Part shown: positions 9,957-17,199 of the stretch, in pieces
How positions within the stretch are numbered: the first letter of the stretch is position 1
How the letters are laid out: each line of letters opens with the position of its first letter
NCBI GenBank assembly: GCA_031376085.1
Contig: JANMDA010000227.1
Location: 1-54,215 of the forward strand
DNA: 54,215 nucleotides
Reading direction: 5' to 3'
Origin: Chloracidobacterium sp.
GTDB lineage: Bacteria; Acidobacteriota; Blastocatellia; Pyrinomonadales; Pyrinomonadaceae
Translations under genes and position numbers: made by a program
The notes under the pieces: model-generated
Told to the model about the DNA's origin: nothing
Seen by the model: the letters and a program-made list of their open reading frames with translations, nothing else
The model's database searches: none

Positions 9957-10087
9957 AGCGCAAATTCTTCCAACAAAACTTCGGGCAAGATAAAATCAGA
10001 CTTCTTCTTCGGAGTTACTGACAGTCGTTGTAACATAAATTGCGCCTAAATGCCAAGTACTGAAATGACTTGACTATCGGGCGGGTT

Positions 10088-10095
10088 TGTATAAT
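10088..10095 (+). promoter_or_regulatory. extended -10 element (TGTATAAT) upstream of the plus-strand cytochrome operon
   Basis: Perfect TGnTATAAT at 10088-10095, with TTGACT at 10070-10075 but only a 14-nt spacer. It lies just 13 nt before ATG 10109, so it would give a very short leader. Sequence match only. Confidence 0.25.
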
Positions 10096-10108
10096 ATTCA
10101 GAAACATC

Positions 10109-11779
10109 ATGAAAAGTAAACAACTGGTAAGGAAGTTTAAGTTTTTTGCCGGATTTGTGATCTTGCTGATTTTGGGCCTCGATGCATATGCGCAAAATAG
10201 CCTGACGGCTGCTGACGTGCAGCGTATCATTGCCCAGGCGGTTTCCGAAGCCGTCGCGTCTAATCAGAAGGTGACCGTTTCGGTACTTGATAAGGAAGGA
10301 CACGTCTTAGGAACTTTCGTGATGACCGGCGCCGCGCCGACGACCACGATACGCGGCACGGGCAGATCGGGACAAGGTTTTGAGAATGTTACAGTGCCAT
10401 CGCGCTTTGCGTCGCTTTCAAAAGCCGGCACAGGTGCGTTGCTTTCATCGGGCGGCAACGCTTTCTCGACTCGAACCGCGTCGTTTATCATTCAGGAACA
10501 TTTTCCAGCGGGTATCGATAATACACCCGGCGGGCCGCTGTTTGGCGTGCAGTTTTCGTCGTTGAAATGTTCGGATGTTGTTATAGCCGGACTTCCACTT
10601 GGTTTGTCAGGCGATGCGGGTGGAATACCGCTTTACAAAAATGGTGTTGAGGTTGGCGGTGTCGGGGTTGAGGGCGACGGCTTGTATACGGCTGACACCA
10701 ATCCGAGAGACAACGATCAATCTTACGAAGAGAGAATAGCCGTCGCGGCTTCGCGTGGGTTTGAGGCTCCGGCGTTGATTCGCGCCGATAATATTCTTGT
10801 CGCTGGGCTTCGCTTTCCGTTTGCGAATATTAATGTTTCCGATTTTCCGGTTGCGACCGCGATTCCATTCGGCATTTTGCCCGGAGCGGTAGATCCGTCG
10901 GACCCGATCATCGCTGCTCCGGCGAGTGATTTTATTGCAAGAACATTGAACGGCGTCAGCGGACAGGCCAGTTCGCGGTTTCCGACCATAGCAGGCTCGG
11001 CTCTTACCGTCGCCGAGGTCGATTCCGTACTGGGAGCCGCAGCAGGTATTGCCAATATTACGCGGGCAGGCATTCGCCAGCCACTCGGCAGCAATGCACG
11101 CGTCAATATTTCCGTTGTCGATACCGATGGCAAAGTCCTTGGGTTTTTCCGGCAGCTTGATGCTCCGGTATTCGGCTTTGACGTGTCTGTGCAGAAGGCT
11201 CGCTCGGTGAATTTTATATCACGCACCGATGCTGGTGCGAAACTGAGCGCGAACGGGTTTGGTTCTTATGTAGCGCGGGCAAATGCCGATGGTATTGCTC
11301 TCAACGGAACTATCGCATTTAGCGACAGAGGTTTTGGCTTTTTGCATCGTCCGCTGTTTCCCGACGGCATAAACGGAACAGATGCCGGGCCGTTCAGCAA
11401 AATATTGGCCGATTTCAGTCCTTTTAATAACGGGCTGCAAGTCGATCTGATCTTTACCAGGGTTACGACGCCGATGCCGATGTGCCGCGGCGCGGTTATG
11501 GAAAAGCGGATGGTATTACCGCCGCAATGTCAGTGCACAACAATTTCGGAATTGAAAAACGGCTTACAAATATTTGCGGGCGGCATTCCGCTTTATCGCG
11601 GCAGCACGCTTATCGGCGCAATCGGTATCAGCGGTGACGGTATTGAGCAGGACGATCTGATCGCAGCCGGCGGAGCAAACTTGTTTCCCGTACCAGTGGC
11701 TATGCGGTCCGACAATTTCTTTGTTCGCAACGTGCGTCTTCCATTTGTAAAGTTTCCACCCAGGCCATTTTTACCTTAA
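10109..11779 (+). CDS. secreted protein with two GlcG/HbpS-like (DUF336, haem-binding fold) domains
   Basis: Signal peptide MKSKQLVRKFKFFAGFVILLILGLDAYA|Q. Two copies of the DUF336 signature: AADVQRIIAQAV...VTVSVLDKEGHVLG...GGIPLYKNGVEVGGVGVEGDG and VAEVDSVLGAA...VNISVVDTDGKVLG...GGIPLYRGSTLIGAIGISGDGIEQDD. Start moved from the track's 10070 to the ATG that precedes the signal peptide. Confidence 0.7.
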   Translation: MKSKQLVRKFKFFAGFVILLILGLDAYAQNSLTAADVQRIIAQAVSEAVASNQKVTVSVLDKEGHVLGTFVMTGAAPTTTIRGTGRSGQGFENVTVPSRFASLSKAGTGALLSSGGNAFSTRTASFIIQEHFPAGIDNTPGGPLFGVQFSSLKCSDVVIAGLPLGLSGDAGGIPLYKNGVEVGGVGVEGDGLYTADTNPRDNDQSYEERIAVAASRGFEAPALIRADNILVAGLRFPFANINVSDFPVATAIPFGILPGAVDPSDPIIAAPASDFIARTLNGVSGQASSRFPTIAGSALTVAEVDSVLGAAAGIANITRAGIRQPLGSNARVNISVVDTDGKVLGFFRQLDAPVFGFDVSVQKARSVNFISRTDAGAKLSANGFGSYVARANADGIALNGTIAFSDRGFGFLHRPLFPDGINGTDAGPFSKILADFSPFNNGLQVDLIFTRVTTPMPMCRGAVMEKRMVLPPQCQCTTISELKNGLQIFAGGIPLYRGSTLIGAIGISGDGIEQDDLIAAGGANLFPVPVAMRSDNFFVRNVRLPFVKFPPRPFLP

Positions 11780-11783
11780 TACA

Positions 11784-12587
11784 ATGCGTAGTCTTTGTTG
11801 GTGTCTTCTTATCGGCTTAGTTTTGCTCTCCGGCTGTCAGGCGGTGTTTGCACAGGCAATTCCCGCAACCGCCGGTGCATTGATCGTCAATGGCCGCGCA
11901 AAAATGGCTTCTAAAACGGTCATTCTCAAAAAAAAGAGGTTCTATCTTTTCCGTGGCGACCGTGAAGCAAATAAAACATTAATTGAAAAACTCAAGGCTG
12001 CGAATGTGGCTTCGCGCAACTGCTTTTATTACCAGTTGAAGGCAAGTGCCGAATTTATGGACTGGCTCAAAACTGGCGATTGCGAATCTGTCCATTGCCG
12101 CGAGATCACACAGGAAGACATCACAAAAGTGCCGGAGTTTCGAGACGCAAAAAAAAAGGGATTAGAAGGGCCAAGAAATTTCAATAAAAAACCGGAACTT
12201 GCGACTAAATGGCTCGTCACAAATCTCGAACCGGGCTTCCGTTCAGGATTTTATGATGCGCGAAAAGCAATGATCGAAGGGTTGCTCAAAGATATGTCCG
12301 AAGATCGACTTCCCGTTCAATCTGCAATGACGGACAACGGCTCATCAGCATTGGCAAATTTTTCTAATATAGTTTTAAAAACTACGGTCGAAAAATTTAT
12401 TTTTGCGAATCTAGTCCCGATTGAACTCGGTGAAAGAAGTTATGTTTGGGTCTGTGAAGTGGATGTTGGAAAAGACAAGAAAACCCCAATCCTTGATATG
12501 CCGGAAAGCAGTAAGGTGGTCAAAAAATGTGAAATAATCGTCCGCGATCTGCCCGTTTGTAAAGCAGGGATGTGTGAGCAGAAATGA
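11784..12587 (+). CDS. Cys-rich lipoprotein of unknown function
   Basis: Signal peptide ending in lipobox L-S-G-C (LVLLSGC). Nine further Cys residues. No recognisable domain. Stop and start overlap (ATGA) with the next cytochrome gene. Confidence 0.6.
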   Translation: MRSLCWCLLIGLVLLSGCQAVFAQAIPATAGALIVNGRAKMASKTVILKKKRFYLFRGDREANKTLIEKLKAANVASRNCFYYQLKASAEFMDWLKTGDCESVHCREITQEDITKVPEFRDAKKKGLEGPRNFNKKPELATKWLVTNLEPGFRSGFYDARKAMIEGLLKDMSEDRLPVQSAMTDNGSSALANFSNIVLKTTVEKFIFANLVPIELGERSYVWVCEVDVGKDKKTPILDMPESSKVVKKCEIIVRDLPVCKAGMCEQK

Positions 12588-13666
12588 AACTCTTTGTCAG
12601 ACTCATTTTTGTCGGGTTAGGCGCTGCTATTTTTGGCAGCAGTTTTCTGACGCACTCGATCGCACAACGAACTGCCAAAACCTTTTCGCATACTACAAAG
12701 TCTCATCAATACGCCGACTGCAAGGTGTGTCATACTTTGCCCTCAAGGAACTGGATGTCGCCGAGGGCCGACAAGGCAGACACATTTCCTGACGTGACGG
12801 ACTATCCTTTCAATGTGCCGGACACACAGGGAGCAGCGAAGCATACAGCCTGTTTTGGATGTCACACTAAGGATATTTATGTTAACGGCGGAGTTTTTTG
12901 CGCCGGTTGTCATATTGCTGCCGGGCCGAAGGCAAGGCCTGGAAACGGGCTTCGTCCATTTCCAAATAAAGCGCATGGGACGCAGTTCACGACCATCTTT
13001 CCGCATGACGCACATCAGGACATTATTGCTTCGAATGACCGAAGGAGTGATATTGCTTTAGGACATTTTGTACTCGCAAGTTTTACTGAAGCGCCGGATG
13101 GCAAGAAAACCGAATTTTACAACTGCTCAGTCTGCCATCAATCCGCAAAAATCTTGCCGAAATTTGCGGCTCGTAAACCCTTAACCGATCAAAAGCCGAC
13201 TGCGGCGGCCCCGGACGGTTTTAAGCCAACTGCGAATTATTTCAAAGATGCTCCGATAAATCATGCGTCGTGTTTTAACTGTCACTATCAGCGGATTCAG
13301 CCCGTTTCCACAAACTGCTCAGGCTGTCACAAACTTGTTGACAAGCCTTACTTTCCATCGACTGTGGTGGAACGTTCCTCATTAAAGTTCAGCCACGAAC
13401 AATTGGGCAAGAAATCGCAGGCCGGAGAGAGAGTTCATGCAAAGGACTGTATGACTTGCCACCTTCGAACTGCCGGAAGTTCCGATCTGCAGGCATACAA
13501 AAACAAGAGTGAGCCTGAGGTGCCGTTTTCGACATGCATTTCCTGTCATGGCGATGATATAAAGGATCAGCTTGAAAAGCGCGAAAAAGATAAAAAGTTT
13601 CAGTGCAATTATTGTCATACCTCGGCCATCGGCAGGTTCGATAAGCCTGAGAACCATCACGAATAA
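12584..13666 (+). CDS. periplasmic nonahaem c-type cytochrome (c3/c7-like)
   Basis: Signal peptide plus 9 CXXCH motifs (CKVCH, CFGCH, CAGCH, CSVCH, CFNCH, CSGCH, CMTCH, CISCH, CNYCH), with distal His motifs such as FPHDAH and KFSHEQ. Confidence 0.9.
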   Translation: MKLFVRLIFVGLGAAIFGSSFLTHSIAQRTAKTFSHTTKSHQYADCKVCHTLPSRNWMSPRADKADTFPDVTDYPFNVPDTQGAAKHTACFGCHTKDIYVNGGVFCAGCHIAAGPKARPGNGLRPFPNKAHGTQFTTIFPHDAHQDIIASNDRRSDIALGHFVLASFTEAPDGKKTEFYNCSVCHQSAKILPKFAARKPLTDQKPTAAAPDGFKPTANYFKDAPINHASCFNCHYQRIQPVSTNCSGCHKLVDKPYFPSTVVERSSLKFSHEQLGKKSQAGERVHAKDCMTCHLRTAGSSDLQAYKNKSEPEVPFSTCISCHGDDIKDQLEKREKDKKFQCNYCHTSAIGRFDKPENHHE

Positions 13667-13676
13667 TTAGAAAAAG

Positions 13677-14585
13677 ATGAAAAACGGGACGCGTTCAAAA
13701 TACATATTGAAAGCTGTGCTCGTTTTCGGCAGCGCAGTTCTTTTTGCCGCAGCTTGCCTTCAGCAGGCGGCGAAGTCGCCGGTGACGCTAACTTCGGCGG
13801 AAACGCCCGATCCAATTCCGCAGCGGGTATCAAGCAAGACGTTCGAAGCCTTTTCGCATAAAATTCCCGAGCACACGCAGTTTGCCTGCAACACTTGTCA
13901 TTTTCGCGAGGAGCGCGGAGTCAAGAGCCAGTTGGGCGGTCATGAATCCTGCATCGGCTGCCATTTGAATCAGTTTGTGGACGAAGATCAAGTCATGTGT
14001 GCGATTTGCCACACAGATACGAAAGGACAAGATCCGCCGGTCAAGGCATTTCCCGCGAAGTTTATCGAGGGTTTCAATATGAAGTTTGACCACGCGGCCC
14101 ATGAAAAAGGCGCCGCTCGCCCTGCTGAAGGATGCGCGGCTTGTCATGACCCTTCCGGGCCGGGGAAAACGATACCAGTCGGTTTTCAGGCACATGCCAA
14201 TTGCTACGGATGCCATACGGCGGAGAGCAAGCTCGGCCAGTGCAGCGTATGCCACGAGCTGGCGCCTTACAACCGAACGCTTCAGTCAGAGTATTCATTC
14301 AAGTCGATCTTCCGCCACGGCGACCACAAAATGGACTGCAACGAATGTCACAATGTCATTGCCGGTGTGCCGAACGCCCGACAAGTGACCAACATTCAAA
14401 TACTCGAACACAGGACGAGCCCCGGCAACAATTGCCTTCAATGCCACAACGGCAGACGTGCCTTTACCGGCAATAATAGCCTTGATGTAACAAGTTGCGC
14501 TCGTTGCCACGGCGGTGCAGTCTACACAAAGCTGCCATCGGGAACATATGCAGACACTGCCGAGGAAGCACCGGCTGAAAATTAA
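13677..14585 (+). CDS. periplasmic nonahaem c-type cytochrome (c3/c7-like), possible lipoprotein
   Basis: Signal peptide (weak lipobox FAAAC) plus 9 CXXCH motifs (CNTCH, CIGCH, CAICH, CAACH, CYGCH, CSVCH, CNECH, CLQCH, CARCH) and KFDHAAH. Confidence 0.9.
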   Translation: MKNGTRSKYILKAVLVFGSAVLFAAACLQQAAKSPVTLTSAETPDPIPQRVSSKTFEAFSHKIPEHTQFACNTCHFREERGVKSQLGGHESCIGCHLNQFVDEDQVMCAICHTDTKGQDPPVKAFPAKFIEGFNMKFDHAAHEKGAARPAEGCAACHDPSGPGKTIPVGFQAHANCYGCHTAESKLGQCSVCHELAPYNRTLQSEYSFKSIFRHGDHKMDCNECHNVIAGVPNARQVTNIQILEHRTSPGNNCLQCHNGRRAFTGNNSLDVTSCARCHGGAVYTKLPSGTYADTAEEAPAEN

Positions 14586-14592
14586 AGGCATT

Positions 14593-15282
14593 ATGAAAAA
14601 AAGCGCCAAATTGATCGTGATCTTTGTCTTCTCTCTGTGCGTTCTTTCCATTTTTTTGAGCGACAGTAATTTTGCAGGAACCGGCTCGGCGGGATTTTCA
14701 CACGCTTCCCAAACTCCTACACCGCTATCTCCAAAGGAAACAGTGGCCGTAACCGTTTCACCAACGTTGCAGCCATCGCAAACGGCAATTCCGACAAAGA
14801 CAACGACAATGCCTTCTGGGAACAGCACGTCTTTGGCCACTGCGTCGCAATCAGTGAAGAAAGATCTCTGCGCTTTAGATGAGACCGGAGAAAAGGGTGT
14901 TGTGCGGTTTGATCACGACGCGCACGCGTTTATTCCTAGTTATAGTGAAGATGGAAAGTCACCTGCCGGGTGCGTCGTATGTCATCACACCGATAAGCCG
15001 CCCGCCCGGAGCGTGCCCATGAAGTTTGAACTTTGGAAAGACTGGAAGGGTGACGAGAAGAAGGTAAAGAATTGTAAGGAATGCCATTTTCCGCTCGGCG
15101 ATATTCCGGAAGGCAAGGAGATGCTCGTCTTTAAGGGTAAAGATTATGACGACGAGAGGGCCTATCACGAAAATTGCACTGTCTGTCACGCTCAGGCCGC
15201 GCAGCGTCCTGCTTTCAAACCCAAATCCGGTTTTGTGACCAAGGTCTCAGGAGAATGCGTCCATTGTCACATATCGCCGTAA
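14593..15282 (+). CDS. membrane-tethered tetrahaem cytochrome c3-like protein with Ser/Thr/Pro-rich linker
   Basis: MKKSAKLIVIFVFSLCVLSIFLS anchor or signal, about 85 aa of low-complexity T/S/P-rich sequence, then RFDHDAHAF and 4 CXXCH motifs (CVVCH, CKECH, CTVCH, CVHCH). Start moved from 14515 to ATG 14593. Confidence 0.85.
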   Translation: MKKSAKLIVIFVFSLCVLSIFLSDSNFAGTGSAGFSHASQTPTPLSPKETVAVTVSPTLQPSQTAIPTKTTTMPSGNSTSLATASQSVKKDLCALDETGEKGVVRFDHDAHAFIPSYSEDGKSPAGCVVCHHTDKPPARSVPMKFELWKDWKGDEKKVKNCKECHFPLGDIPEGKEMLVFKGKDYDDERAYHENCTVCHAQAAQRPAFKPKSGFVTKVSGECVHCHISP

Positions 15283-15351
15283 AAAATACCGACGGTCGTG
15301 CCGAACACCAAAAATATTGACTTCGAATTAAAAAGACGTTTTAATAGCGTT

Positions 15352-16113
15352 ATGAAAAACACGGCTAAATTGATAGTAATTTCTGTTTTTGCACTGGGTG
15401 CTTTGTTTGTTTTTTTGAGTGGCAATAATTACTACAAAATCGATGCGGCTGGTTTTTTTGTAGCGATGGCGCAGCCGACTCCGCCAAAAAATAAAAACAC
15501 AAATTCTTCAGGCGCAAACAGCAACACAAAACCGATAGCTGGAAATACAGCTGCAAATGCGAATGTTGTAAAAACAATGCCTGCAATGACGGCCACTCCT
15601 GCAACGGTTCCGGCAAATACCGCCTCAAATACAAGTACAGTTCCACCATCAACAGGAGGCAAATCGATCCCAAAATCGTTTACCTTGGGACTGGACAGTC
15701 AGTCGGAATATGGCGAGGCCGCTTTTGATCATGATACTCACGCTTTTAAGAATTACAGCCCGGATGGAAAATCGGTAATGGGCTGCGTCGAATGTCACCA
15801 TACAGATCAACCCAAATCGGCATTAAAACTGCCCTATGTTACGTCAGAACGGAATGAGACATTGACGTTTGATGTGTGGCAGAAGTCCTCACAAAAAGTC
15901 AGCAGCTGTCGGGATTGTCATTTTCAGGACGGAAATGTTCCGGATGGAAAAACAATGCCGACATCCGGCAGCAAAGACCTAAATAATCAGCTCGCATACC
16001 ATATCAACTGTAATTCATGTCATGACGCCGCGTTTAAGGCGCGTCCGGAATTAAAAACTCACAAAGGGTTTGCAACCTCAAAAGACTGCGCCGTTTGCCA
16101 CAAAACGAGTTAA
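15352..16113 (+). CDS. membrane-tethered tetrahaem cytochrome c3-like protein (tandem paralogue of 14593-15282)
   Basis: MKNTAKLIVISVFALGALFVFLS anchor, about 100 aa of N/T/A/P-rich low-complexity sequence, then AFDHDTHAF and 4 CXXCH motifs (CVECH, CRDCH, CNSCH, CAVCH). Start moved from GTG 15298 to ATG 15352. Confidence 0.85.
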   Translation: MKNTAKLIVISVFALGALFVFLSGNNYYKIDAAGFFVAMAQPTPPKNKNTNSSGANSNTKPIAGNTAANANVVKTMPAMTATPATVPANTASNTSTVPPSTGGKSIPKSFTLGLDSQSEYGEAAFDHDTHAFKNYSPDGKSVMGCVECHHTDQPKSALKLPYVTSERNETLTFDVWQKSSQKVSSCRDCHFQDGNVPDGKTMPTSGSKDLNNQLAYHINCNSCHDAAFKARPELKTHKGFATSKDCAVCHKTS

Positions 16114-16117
16114 CCGA

Positions 16118-16561
16118 ATGGCCTTGCGGCAATGCGACAAATGTAGTGAAATGGTTGACGAGGCCAAGGCATTTTGCCCTGGTTGCGGCAACGCTTTTGT
16201 AGAGGAAGAGAAAAGGCAGGAAGCATCGAAGTTCGAGAAATTGGAACACACTGTCCAATTCGGCCAGACGATGTATAACCAGATGCTCGAGGATATGGGG
16301 CTGAATATCTCCAACGCACCAAATCCTGTAGAAAGACGCGTCGAGGTGATCGCTCCGGTAAATACGGAAATTACTGCTCCTGCAAAAGCTGCGGTGACCG
16401 TCGCAGTGCCGCCTGCCGTAAAGACGCCGGAAGTAAGCGTAACATCGTCGAGCAATATAAAGTGGTATATTCTTATCGGCGCCGCTGTTATTTTGCTTTT
16501 ACCGATCGCTCTAGCATCTGCGATCTTGCTTGTTTTAGATATCTTGTCGCGCTTAAAGTAA
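16118..16561 (+). CDS. zinc-ribbon protein with C-terminal transmembrane anchor
   Basis: N-terminal CDKC-x12-CPGC zinc-ribbon, an Ala/Pro/Val-rich linker, and a C-terminal helix WYILIGAAVILLLPIALASAILLVLDIL. Start placed at ATG 16118. Confidence 0.55.
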   Translation: MALRQCDKCSEMVDEAKAFCPGCGNAFVEEEKRQEASKFEKLEHTVQFGQTMYNQMLEDMGLNISNAPNPVERRVEVIAPVNTEITAPAKAAVTVAVPPAVKTPEVSVTSSSNIKWYILIGAAVILLLPIALASAILLVLDILSRLK

Positions 16562-16593
16562 GGCATAAAATTTATCGATCGTCCTAACTCACA

Positions 16594-17193
16594 ATGCCAC
16601 GTGTAATAGAAAACCACGAGCAGATAGTAGAGGCATTTCAAAATGTTGACATCGTATCCGAACTAGTTGAAAAACTGCCAAACGGCGAGTTTCGGAACGA
16701 GCTTGACATGGATATTATCTTGTTCGGCCGCAGCTATCGCGGTAAACAGGTCGGTCCCTACACGCGTCTCCTCGAATTTCTGCCCGGCGAAATAATAGTC
16801 GAAGAAAACTCCTGGGAAAGCAGCATCTTTTACATCCTCGTAAAAGGCGATCTCGAAGCCTCGATCACTGACGAAAACGGAAAACAAAAAAAGGTTGGAG
16901 CGATCCCGGCCGGCAACTCATTTGGTGAAATGGCCTTGCTTTCCGGAACGCCGAGAACCGCGACTGTCTCAGTTGCTTCGAAAGGTGAACCTGCGCTTGT
17001 TCTGGAATTTACCCGTCCGGCAATACGGCTACTGCGAAAACTGCCGAAATTCGGCAAAGCTCTCGACCGCAATTATCGGGCATACGGGCTGACGCTCACT
17101 TTGAATGACCTTAAAGATTTCAGGCATCTCGATCTTGACCCCGCATTGCTGCAGCGTTTGAATGACGCCGCGCGTTTCGCGGTCTATGAATAG
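16594..17193 (+). CDS. cyclic-nucleotide-binding domain protein; N-terminal fragment of a longer gene interrupted by in-frame TAG 17191-17193
   Basis: cNMP-binding signature FGEMALLSGTPRTATVSVAS. The C-terminus ...AARFAVYE* stops inside the start of a second cNMP-binding domain, which continues in the same frame at 17194. Confidence 0.7.
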   Translation: MPRVIENHEQIVEAFQNVDIVSELVEKLPNGEFRNELDMDIILFGRSYRGKQVGPYTRLLEFLPGEIIVEENSWESSIFYILVKGDLEASITDENGKQKKVGAIPAGNSFGEMALLSGTPRTATVSVASKGEPALVLEFTRPAIRLLRKLPKFGKALDRNYRAYGLTLTLNDLKDFRHLDLDPALLQRLNDAARFAVYE

Positions 17194-17199
17194 GATCAT

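Noticed and set aside
10070-16117. Longer upstream starts given in the ORF track (10070, 14515, 15298, 16070; also 42946 and GTG 7841)
   Set aside because: Internal ATGs immediately precede a signal peptide or anchor (10109, 14593, 15352), a Zn-ribbon (16118) or the obligatory Met-Cys Ntn start of AsnB (42982). They also remove overlaps with the upstream genes. ATG 7832 has a well-spaced AAGGAG.
17191-17193. TAG as a recoded sense codon (pyrrolysine or genome-wide reassignment)
   Set aside because: TAG terminates other well-defined genes in the same window (22388-22390, 47159-47161), and no pyl genes are visible. A nonsense mutation, a sequence error or local read-through are more parsimonious.
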